A stretch of DNA of 64,000 nt, taken from NCBI RefSeq assembly GCF_021869535.1, contig NW_026262626.1, positions 35,402,001 to 35,466,000 of the forward strand. The letters run 5' to 3'. The translations under genes and the position numbers were made by a program. Under the pieces are notes generated by a model. That model had not been told where the DNA came from. It saw nothing but the letters and a program-made list of their open reading frames with translations, and did no database searches. Position 1 is the stretch's first letter. Each line of letters starts with the position of its first letter. The DNA comes from Mytilus californianus. Lineage: Eukaryota. Positions 52,240 to 63,563 of this stretch are shown here, piece by piece.

Positions 52240-55200
52240 GTAATAAAATTGGCTAAGTTTTTTCCTTTTTGGGGTATTAGTCCAAATAATTACGACGTCT
52301 TTGACAGCTATTTTATTGTATTTGCTGTGATGATGCAGGATGCATCCCTTCATAAAATTAAAATAATAGAAAAACAAAAGGATATGGGTATATCCATCTA
52401 TGACACATAATCAATACTTGCACAGCAAAACAAACAAAAAGCAAAGGAACAGACTTTCAAGACATCAAAATTATTTGGAGTTAGGGTACATGCATTCATG
52501 AGGTCAGTTCACTTAAATTACATGATGGCCCATAGAGTGTATTGGGCCTATTTTCAAGAAGAAGAAAAATATGAAAAAAACGAGTGTTATTTCTGGGACT
52601 ATTATGTTAGTATAATCAAGATAATAGTCCCAGGTTATTTAATTTAATCACAATATAAATATTGTGTAATACATGTACATGTATTTCTTTAAGATTTGAA
52701 TTATTTAATAAACATTTATTAGGCAATTAAATATTATTATCATAAATGCATCTTCTGTCAAGAATGCATTGTGGGAATATCAAGACTATATTACAGAAAA
52801 TGTAACAGTTTGTAAAGTTTACACAAAGGACTTGTCAGTACATTTGCTTATCAGTTTGTTAAGTTAATAATGTAATTTGTCAAAGTAGTTATGAAAAATA
52901 AATACTTGCTAGTTTAATTAGCACCAATAATCAACACGTCTATATACTGAATTATTGTTCACCTGACAGTTTCTTAATTGTTTAGTTTGATTGATTGACT
53001 GATCAATGCCAGGTTAAGGATTCATGACATTCTACATGTTTTTGACAATTTTACTTTTTATTTTCCAACATAAATATTTTTACTTGTTCTGATTTCTAAA
53101 GAAAGTACTTTTATGTAACCTGGAAATATCTGAGGCCAAATAAAAAAATATGTGTGTTTCCTATTTCCCTACCTACCCTATATTTTAAGCCTAATAGAAA
53201 TAGCCTACCTTAAATTTTTTGTTGTTGTCATTTTTCAATAAGCACTGTTAAAGTCAGAATTTCTCTCCCATAAACTCAATGTAAAAAAAAAATTGTAAAA
53301 TAAAAAAAATTCCCTACCTATCTACCCTATTTTTTTCAAAGATGTAACAGGAAACACACATATTTTATTTGGCCTGAAAGAAAAAACTTCAAGATGAAAT
53401 GTTGACTAAAATCAGAGACATATAATACTATTGTACATCGTCGTCGTCCGAAGACATATTGGTTTTCGCACAATAACTTTAGTTTAAGTGAATGGATCTC
53501 TATGAAATTTTACCATAAGGTTCAATACCACAAAAGGAAGGTTGGGATTGATTTTGGGGGTTATCGTACCAACAGTTATGGAATTAGGGGCCAAAAATAA
53601 GCATTTTTGTAACTTCCAGACAATAACTTGTGTGTTAGTGTATGGATCTCTCTAACATTGTACCACAAGGTTCCATATCACAAAGGGAATGCTGGGATTG
53701 TTTTTGGGGGTAATTGCCTAAAAATTTTAGGAATTAGGGGCCAAAAAAGGGGCAAAAAACAAGCATTTTTCTAGTTTCATGACAATAACTTGTGTGTAAG
53801 TGTATGGATCTTTCTGAAATTGTACTACAAGGTTCCATATCACAAAGGGAAAGCTGGAATTGAGTTTGGGGGTAATTGCCCAAAACGTTTAGGAATAAGA
53901 GGCCAAGAAGGGGCCAAAGATGAGCATTTTTCTAGTTTCCAGACAATAACTTGTGTTCAAGTGTATGGATCTCTCTGAAATTGTACTGCAAGGTACCATA
54001 CCACAAAGGGAAGGCTGGGATTGATTTTGGGGGTAATTGCCTCAAAATTTTAGGAATTAGGGGCAAAAAACAAGCATTTTTCTAGTTTCAGGACAATAAC
54101 TTGTGTGTAAGTGTATGGATCTTTAAGAAATTGTACTACAAGGTTCCATATCACAAAGGGAAAGCTGGGTTTGAGTTTGGGGGTAATTGCCCTAAACGTT
54201 TAGGAATTTGGGGCCAAAAAGGTGCCAAAAAACAAGCATTTTTGGGTAAAGATTGCATGAAATGCAATTAAAACCCTATGGGACTGACTTGATGTTTAAA
54301 TCTTCCAAGGTTGATCACTACTTTTGGGATACACAAAATATAGTGCATTGATCATAACATTCTAAACATCCTATCCATTAACATTTCCAGAAATCTATCA
54401 ATGAAATATATGCTCAGATATTCAAGTTACAAAATGATATTATACTTGTCAAGAATATTACATACTTTGTGCAAGGTGCAGGAATCTAATATTTGTTCTA
54501 AGAATATCAATGATGTCATTGTTAAAGTAATCTTCAGAATTGGAGTTATCTTCCTTTGTTCATAATTGTAGTTGAATCAACTACAACCAGTGCTTTAAAC
54601 AATACTATGTTTAATTTTACTTCCCACTGATGAATTAAAGCAATCTTTACCCTTCAGTGCTTACAAACACTTTGATTCTAGTTTCCAGACAATAACTTGT
54701 GTTCAAGTGTATGGATCTCTCTGAAATTGTACTGCAAGGTACCATACCACAAAGGGAAGGCTGGGATTGAGTTTGGGGGTGATGAATCATAAGGGAGTTC
54801 AAAAAATTTGGGGGGGTGATTTTTTTTTCCTTTTTTTCCTTTTTTTTTTTTTTTAAATTTTCCATTTAAGTTTGTTATTTCTGATTTATATATAAAAGCA
54901 AATAATAATGATATGGTTTGATTTCATCAAAAATTGAAATATTGGGGTTCTTTGATATGCTGAATCTAACCGTGTATTTAGATTCTCAATTTTTGGTCCC
55001 GTTTTCAAATTGGTCTACATTAAGGTCCAAAGGGTCAAAAATTTAACTTATTTTGATTTTGACAAAAATTGAATTCTTGGGGTTCTTTGATATGCTGAAT
55101 CTAAACATGTATTTAGATTTTTGATTGTGGGCCCAGTTTTCAAGTTGGTCCAAATCAGGGTCCAAAATTACACTTTGTTTGATTTCAACAAAAATTGAAT

Positions 55201-58200
55201 ATATGGGGTTCTTTGATATGCTGAATCTAACCATGTATTTAGATTTTTGGATGTTAGGCCTCGTTTTAAAATTTATCCACATTGAGGTCCGAAAGGTCCA
55301 AAATTAAACTTTGTTTGATTTCATTAAAAATTTAATTATGGGGGTTCTTTGATATGCTGAGAGTTTTGGTCCCAACACGAATGTGGGACCAAAAAAGGGC
55401 CCAAATAAACATTTTTCTAGTTTTCAGACAATAACTTGTGGAATGGTGTATGGATCTCTCTGAAATTATACCACAAGTTTCCATACCACAAAGAGATGGT
55501 AAGAATTGGCTTTGGGGGGTTATGGCTCACACCGTTAAGGAATAAGGGGCAAAAAGGGGGAAAACAAGGGTTTCCAGGTTTATGGACAATTAAGTACAAA
55601 ACATAATTTAAAGCAGTGTAAGGTTGGTAATTCAAACTCATTTGAATATCTCAGCTACACTGGTTTTAAATTATGTATATTGGAAATTTGCCAATAACTT
55701 TAGTATTAATAAATTCTATTGGAAATTTGCCAATAACTTTTAGTATAATAAACTCCATTGGAAATTTGCCAATATAAAATGTTGCTGATGAAGGTTTTTT
55801 GTTTATTTTTAGCCATGACTATGATGTCATTTTCTATTTTAATAGCCTTATGATGTATTTAAATTTTTTAATACTTTTATTATGTATTTAAATGGGCTTT
55901 TATGGTTGCAAATTTATTTAGGTTGTAATTCAAACTCATTTGAATATCTCAGCTACACTGGTTTTAAATTATGTATATTGGAAATTTGCCAATAACTTTA
56001 GTATTAATAAATTCTATTGGAAATTTGCCAATAACTTTTAGTATAATAAACTCCATTGGAAATTTGCCAATATAAAATGTTGCTGATGAAGGTTTTTTGT
56101 TTATTTTTAGCCATGACTATGATGTCATTTTCTATTTTAATACCTTTATGATGAATTTAAATGGGCTTTTATGGTTCCAAAGGAATTTTATTTTTAGATA
56201 TTACTGTAAAATGTTGCTGATTTTTTGTTTATTTTTAGCCATGACTATGCTGTCATTTTCTATTTTAATACCTTTATGATGTATTTAAATGGGCTGATAT
56301 GGTTGCAAAGGAATTTTACTACAAAGGGAAGACTGCAATTGAGTTTGATGGTTAATGCTAAGATCTTTGACCACATTTATTTTGTGTCGGAAACCTATAT
56401 TATGTCAAAAATTTGATCAAAATCAAACAAACTATGGTACATCTTGAGTTCTAGTCCACTGATCATCCTGAAATTTTTACACTTTATTATTTTACCATTA
56501 TAAGATGTTTTGAAATGGTAAAAAAAAGTAGCATGGTCCAACCTGTTCAAAACTAGAGATCACCTGGATAAAAAAAAATGATAGTTTTCACTTAATTTGA
56601 TTTGGACTTTTATATATTGAAAAAGCAGTATACATATTGATCATTGTGTTCATTCTCACTTTGTTTCTGCAACTCCTTGTAAATTAGACACTTGATTTCA
56701 ATGTAACTTTTACTAAATATTCAGTATCTAATGATGTACACCTATTGTAATTTATTATTCAAATGATAGTTGGAATATCCCATTATAAAAAGTACACTTG
56801 CATTGACATGTCTAGAAAAGGGTTCGACGTCTTGTTTCCACAACTCCACCTATAGACACAACCTTAATTCAATAAAACTTCTATAAACTCTTTCTTACAC
56901 AATTACATTGTGCATTCTATTTTTCCTGAAGCAAAACGTGCTTTGCAATATCTATAGAATTGGGGAGTGAGAGGTTTGCATGTTAAATCTAACAAAAGGA
57001 CCAAAATGAAATTTCTTTTTTTAAAGTCGGATTTGGATACAGATTTTTTGCAGTTTACCCCTTTGAATAGTCTGCTGTGGGATTGTATTTTCCAATTGTT
57101 TGTAGTTCTTACAATTTCCAAATATAAGGAGCTGTTTAAAGCCAATTACTATGTAAATAAAGCCTTTTTGCATTCTCACTGTTGTAATACACTTGATCAA
57201 TCTCCCCTTGCATTGTTTGTCAACACATGATCCTTGGTGTTTCTATAAATATTAAAATATTACAACATGATATCAACTATTGAACATTTCAATTTCAGGT
57301 GTACAAATTAAATCTCAAGTCAGATTTTATGCAAGAAAAAGGATGGTACTTAATTTTGACTTTTCAGGTAACTATAATAAATTATTACATAAGTTACAGT
57401 TAATTTAAAACTGTATATCCTCACCATATACACCTTTTCACATTAATGATAGTCATTCATGTATTCATGGCTGAAAATAGCTTATGAGAGTGATCCATGT
57501 TGGTTTTTTTATAGTCTTCTGCAATTCTCCATGTCATGAAGTTTTAGGTAACCCATAACAATACGTCAATAGACCTTTGTACACACTGTACATGTGCTTA
57601 CACATGTTACATGGATCTGACAACGTACCATTCTACTTTCTGTTCTGATATTTTAATATGTTCATCAACCAATCAAATTTTTACATCCAAATTTTGAAGA
57701 GCAGCATCTGAAATAGCAACAAAACCATAGGATCCCAAAAACATGGAAAAGGTCTATTATACAGAAAATAAAAAAAATAAAAAATATGACTAATGTAATT
57801 ACAGTGTGGACGCAGGATCTGTATTTCAATCAGATTACTCTTAGGTATGACCAATGTAAGTACAGTGTGGACACAGGATCTGTATTTCAGTCAGATTACT
57901 CTTAGGTACCCGGTATGACCAATGTAAGTACAGTGTGGACACAGGATCTGTATTTCAATCAGATTACTCTTAGGTATGACCAATGTAAGTACAGTGTGGA
58001 CACAGGATCTGTATTTCAGTCAGATTACTCTTAGGTATGACCAACAGAAGTAATATGGATTGAGTTGTCTTAATACCTTTGGTTTGAAATTACCACAAAA
58101 AGTGCATGTTCTATATTAACACTTCACTGGTCACACTGCATGTTATTTTGCACTTTTATTATGGTTTGTTGTTCCTCTTCATCTTATTAAATTGTTAATT

Positions 58201-61200
58201 AAAAGTTATAATTCTCTTTTTATGTAGGTGATTTGGTAAAGGAAACAGATAAGGTTAACAAAGAGGAATTATTTTTCCCATTCAAAGAAATTGGAGGTTT
58301 AGAAGAGTAAGTGATAAGTAAATCATAAAACAGTCTGTAAAGAGTCCAGAAGGAAAGGTCTCAGATAAAATCCATATGTCCAAAAATTAGAGATGGACAT
58401 GGCTCATCACATTTGCATTGTACTAGTATTACTTCGTAAAATAATAATGTTGTATGTTACATATTTAGTAATCTTCTTTTATAAATATAAGGTTTTGAAA
58501 GGGAAGTAAATATCAATTTCTTTCACTCTTGGATGCCCAAGGGTGCAATCAACAGTTTTTATACGACCGCAAAAATTGCAGTCGTATATTGGTATGACGT
58601 TGGAGTCGTCGTCCTCGTAGTCCGAAGACACATTGGTTTTTGCACAATAACTTTAGTTTAAGTGAATGGATCTCTATGAAATTTTACCATAAGGTTCAAT
58701 ACCACAAAAGGAAGGTTCGGATTAATTTTGGGGGTTATGGTACCAACAGTTAAGGAAAAAGGGGCCAAAAATAATCATTTTTGTAACTTCCAGACAATAA
58801 CTTGTGTTTAAGTGTATGGATCTCTCTGAAATTATACCACAAGTTTCCATACCACTAAGGGATGGTTAGGATTTGCTTTGGGGGGTTATGGCTCAAACCG
58901 TTTAGGAATTAGGGGCAAAAAAAGGGGGAAAAACAAGGGTTTCCTGGTTTATGGACAATTTAAAAGCAGTGTAATTTCAGAAATTAAACAATATAATTTC
59001 TATATGTCAATACGTCAATACGCAACAGCATAGTGTATTGCACAAAAGCAAAAAAAAAATGGGTTAATTTTTATTTATTTTGGGGGGGGGATCAATTCGC
59101 ACAGGCACAGTGTATTGCACAAAAGCAAAAAAATTGAATATAAATTCAAATCATATAACTAATTCTAAGTTCTTTGACTACAGCTATTCTGTGTCAGAAA
59201 CCTATTATTTGTCAAATATTTAATTTCAATCCAAATTCAGACCTGTATCAAGCGTGAATATTGTGTCCATTTTTGTCCCAACTGTTCAGGGTTGGACCTC
59301 TGCGGTCGTATCCAGCTGCGCTCGGCGAAGCAATTTATTTATACTTGATGTCATACTTTGAGGGACCATGCATAAGTGACCTCTAAGTGGAGGTTTATAT
59401 AATTACTTGTTTAAAACAAGATATCACTGGCATCAGCATATTCTCTAGTTTTTAGTGAAATAAAAATATTGTGTAAGTTTAACATACTAAAAATGTTCTG
59501 CACTTAGAAAAATGATAAAAAAAATTGCCCTCTCCCAAGATGAAAAAATCTGCAATCAGTTCATGTGTACACCCATGTAGACACAATACAGGCACATTTC
59601 AGATAATACAAAATATGTGTCATGCTGCATGAATTTCATAGATTTTTACCTAGTTTTTTCTGAAAAAGTCTCATTCTACGGCTCAGAAATGAGCTTAAGT
59701 AGTTATTAACTAGTTTTCAATTTTCCCTACAAAAAAACCCAGAAAGTTTATATCTCTACTAATTTTTAATATCATTTTGATTATTGAACATGTTTTAATG
59801 GAAAGCTAACTAGCAAATTCTAACTATCAATTACAAAAAAAGACATGAAACTTCTCCACCAATTATTAGATAAGCAGTGGCTTACCTCCAAGGCAATTTT
59901 TATTTTGGGAATAACTCTTAGTACTTTATATAAAACTGTTGATAGCAACCCAAGATATCATTCTCATCAGACCAGATTGTGGTAATGGTCCTTGTAGATT
60001 ATAGTTAATATGACTAAGTTAAATAATTATGTTTTTCATAAACAAGACATTTTTTCAAACACTGTGATTGTCAGTATATCTTATTGAAAATAAATAAATG
60101 TCCTGGAAAATTCTCAAACATTTTGTTGCAAAAGAATTGAAATCATCTGCAGTAAAAGTTCACAAATATTAAAGAATCAGGAATCTTAAGAATTCCACTG
60201 GCCTTTTATACAGTTAAAGACTGTCTACTACAGATTAAATAAATGTCTAAGATTATAACAATAGTAATAATTATCAATTTTGCAATTGTTTTTAAAGTTG
60301 TTCAAACTTGTTAAACAGTTATGGAAATGTATACGTAAATTGGTCTTATCTAATCTTCTGTCTATATCTACATGTTTTCAAAGTTACACCAGATAAAAAA
60401 ACTAAACCTTCATATAACTATGGATGTTTTCCTTGATATATTATTTTGTAGATTCGCAAATGTTTTGTATACAAGCCAATAGACATTTGATTTGTTGTGG
60501 AACAGTTAAATGTTGTGATTTCCCTTTACCAAGGAAATGAATGAAAATTGGTAACCCACACATAATAATGAATCCACAGTAATGTATGTATTTGTTTATA
60601 TTTACAGTGTAGATGATACTGTTAAAAGACTCCTCAGTTTGGAGTTCTGTGACTCAGTAATGTATGTAATTGTTTATATTTACAGTGTAGATGATACTGT
60701 TAAAAGACTCCTCAGTTTGGAGTTCTGTGACTCAGAGTAATGTATGTAATTGTTTATATTTACAGTGTAGATGATACTGTTAAAAGACTCCTCAGTTTGG
60801 AGTTCTGTGACACGTTAAAAGACTCCTCAGTTTGGAGTTCTGTGACACGTTAAAAGACTCCTCAGTTTGGAGTTCTGTGACTCAGTAATGTATGTAATTG
60901 TTTATATTTACAGTGTAGATGATACTGTTAAAAGACTCCTCAGTTTTGAGTTCTTTGACTCAGTAATGTATGTAATTGTTTATATTTACAGTGTAGATGA
61001 TACTGTTAAAAGACTCCTCAGTTTGGAGTTCTGTGACTCAGAGTAATGTATGTAATTGTTTATATTTACAGTGTAGATGATACTGTTAAAAGACTCCTCA
61101 GTTTGGAGTTCTGTGACTCAGTAATGTATGTAATTGTTTATATTTACAGTGTAGATGATACTGTTAAAAGACTCCTCAGTTTGGAGTTCTGTGACTCAGA

Positions 61201-63504
61201 GTAATGTATGTAATTGTTTATATTTACAGTGTAGATGATACTGTTTAAAGACTCCTCAGTTTGGAGTTCTGTGACTCAATAATGTATGTAATTGTTTATA
61301 TTTACAGTGTAGATGATACTGTTAAAAGACTCCTCAGTTTGGAGTTCTGTGACACGTTAAAAGACTCCTCAGTTTGGAGTTCTGTGACTCAGTAATGTAT
61401 GTAATTGTTTATATTTACAGTGTAGATGATACTGTTAAAAGACTCCTCAGTTTGGAGTTCTGTGACTCCGTAATGTATGTAATTGTTTATATTTACAGTG
61501 TAGATGATACTGTTAAAAGACTCCTCAGTTTGGAGTTCTGTGACTCAGTAATGTATGTAATTGTTTATATTTACAGTGTAGATGATACTGTTAAAAGACT
61601 CCTCAGTTTGGAGTTCTGTGACTCAGAGTAATGTATGTAATTGTTTATATTTACAGTGTAGATGATACTGTTAAAAGACTCCTCAGTTTGGAGTTCTGTG
61701 ACACATTAAAAGACTCCTCAGTTTGGAGTTCTGTGACTCAGTAATGTATGTAATTGTTTATATTTACAGTGTAGATGATACTGTTAAAAGACTCCTCAGT
61801 TTGGAGTTCTGTGACTCAGTAATGTATGTAATTGTTTATATTTACAGTGTAGATGATACTGTTAAAAGACTCCTCAGTTTGGAGTTCTGTGACTCAGAGT
61901 AATGTATGTAATTGTTTATATTTACAGTGTAGATGATACTGTTTAAAGACTCCTCAGTTTGGAGTTCTGTGACTCAGTAATGTATGTAATTGTTTATATT
62001 TACAGTGTAGATGATACTGTTAAAAGACTCCTCAGTTTGGAGTTCTGTGACTCAGAGTAATGTATGTAATTGTTTATATTTACAGTGTAGATGATACTGT
62101 TAAAAGACTCCTCAGTTTGGAGTTCTGTGACACGTTAAAAGACTCCTCAGTTTGGAGTTCTGTGACTCAGTAATGTATGTAATTGTTTATATTTACAGTG
62201 TAGATGATACTGTTAAAAGACTCCTCAGTTTGGAGTTCTGTGACTCAGAGTAATGTATGTAATTATAGAATAACTAATCGAAGAATTCAAATAGAGAAAA
62301 ATATTCAACGAGTGACCGAACAACACATTAATTCACGAATGCGCGTAGCGCATGAGTTAATTATCAGTGTTGTTCGGTCACGAGTTGAATATTTTTCGAT
62401 ATTTGAATTCTTTGATTAGTTATTCTTTTTATTACATTGGCAAATGGCTTTTTTATGAAATTAAAGTAGAAACTGTAAGGAACTATATCTTTTTCTACGC
62501 ATTCACAATTTGTTTTGATCCGACGTTATCGACGTCTTGACAACGCCTATTGTTGTATGACGTCAGAGGAGTGAAATAACCACGTTTATTTCACATGTGA
62601 AATTATCGGTTTTTATTTCACTGGGAAATCAATATAATTCATTGCAACCAATGTAATAATTGTTTATATTTACAGTGTAGATGATACTGTTAAAAGACTC
62701 CTCAGTTTGGAGTTCTGTGACTCAGTAATGTATGTAATTGTTTATATTTACAGTGTAGATGATACTGTTAAAAGACTCCTCAGTTTGGAGTTCTGTGACT
62801 CAGTAATGTATGTAATTGTTTATATTTACAGTGTAGATGATACTGTTATAAGGCTCCTCAGTTTGGAGTTTTGTGACTCAGTAATGTATGTAATTGTTTA
62901 TATTTAGTGTAGATGATACTGTTAAAAGACTCCTCAGTTTGGAGTTCTGTGACTCAGAGTAATGTATGTAATTGTTTATATTTACAGTGTAGATGATACT
63001 GTTTAAAGACTCCTCAGTTTGGAGTTCTGTGACACAGTAATGTATGTAATTGTTTATATTTACAGTGTAGATGATACTGTTAAAAGACTCCTCAGTTTGG
63101 AGTTCTGTGACTCAGTAATGTATGTAATTGTTTATATTTAGTGTAGATGATACTGTTAAAAGACTCCTCAGTTTGGAGTTCTGTGACTCAGAGTAATGTA
63201 TGTAATTGTTTATATTTACAGTGTAGATGATACTGTTTAAAGACTCCTCAGTTTGGAGTTCTGTGACTCAATAATGTATGTAATTGTTTATATTTACAGT
63301 GTAGATGATACTGTTAAAAGACTCCTCAGTTTGGATTTCTGTGACTCAGTAATGTATGTAATTGTTTATATTTACAGTGTAGATGATACTGTTAAAAGAC
63401 TCCTCAGTTTGGAGTTCTGTGACTCAGTAATGTATATAATTGTTTATATTTACAGTGTAGATGATACTGTTAAAAGACTCCTCAGTTTGGAGTTTTGTGA
63501 CTCA
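52068..63504 (+). CDS. MRPS15: Mitochondrial ribosomal protein uS15m, 5' part (3' exons beyond the window): join(52068..52239,58228..58306,63456..63504), exon-3 copy choice uncertain
   Basis: The spliced product ...[44 protein letters not shown] matches the uS15m motif (human [21 protein letters not shown], from memory). Phases 1 and 2 match across the introns. The N-terminus is Arg/Ser/Thr-rich with no acidic residues, like a mitochondrial presequence. Confidence 0.88.
53435..54240 (-). mobile_element. HINE-like family A piece with five ~160-bp subunits in MRPS15 intron 1
   Basis: Reverse complement of the subunits at 20200-20950. Confidence 0.78.
54655..55660 (-). mobile_element. Further HINE-family fragments, including a second subunit type (gatttcatcaaaaattgaatattggggttctttgatatgctgaatctaacc, about four copies)
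   Basis: Repeated subunits of ~120 bp at 54920-55360, flanked by family A sequence. Confidence 0.65.
55627..56320. repeat. 298-bp direct duplication plus a partial third copy
   Basis: gtaattcaaactcatttgaatatctcagctacac at 55627 and 55925. Confidence 0.9.
57785..58043. repeat. 61-bp minisatellite, ~4 copies, in MRPS15 intron 1
   Basis: acagtgtggacacaggatctg at 57801 (variant ...gacgcagg...), 57862, 57930 (7-nt insertion before it) and 57991. Confidence 0.93.
58228..58306 (+). CDS. MRPS15: MRPS15 exon 2
   Basis: ctctttttatgtag|(G)[25 protein letters not shown](D)|gtaagt; phase 1 in, phase 2 out. Confidence 0.85.
58556..59340 (-). mobile_element. HINE-like element family A in MRPS15 intron 2
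   Basis: tttttatacgaccgcaaaaattgcagtcgtata hairpin ... tgcggtcgtatccagctgcgctcggcgaagca. Confidence 0.78.
62265..62656. mobile_element. Non-autonomous foldback/MITE- or HINE-like element inserted in the exon array
   Basis: About 390 bp interrupting one unit; TAATT on both sides; long hairpin ~62267-62427; second inverted repeat ttattacattgg/ccaatgtaataa. Confidence 0.75.
63456..63504 (+). CDS. MRPS15: MRPS15 exon 3 (49 nt), last copy of the array and the only one with a canonical donor
   Basis: tatttacag|(D)[16 protein letters not shown]|gtaagt. Confidence 0.8.
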
Positions 63505-63563
63505 GTAAGTAATATAACAATGGTCTAAACATAAAAAATTTCAAATGATTTAATGGATCAAAC

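Larger units (their letters stand above)
60579..63510 (+). repeat. 78-bp tandem array (~30 full copies plus five 35-bp partial copies) built from 29 nt of intron end plus MRPS15 exon 3
   Basis: Unit gtaatgtatgtaattgtttatatttacag|tgtagatgatactgttaaaagactcctcagtttggagttctgtgactca; 19 copies before and 11 after an insertion (hand count). Confidence 0.97.

Noticed and set aside
53790-55641. Several 60-79-aa ORFs (similar ones at 14696, 20167 and 27902)
   Set aside because: Translations of HINE satellite subunits.
59886-59935. Possible 50-nt minus-strand exon (LYKVLRVIPKIKIALE|gtaagc) nested in MRPS15 intron 2
   Set aside because: The acceptor is weak, I found no compatible neighbouring exons, and there is no recognisable homology.
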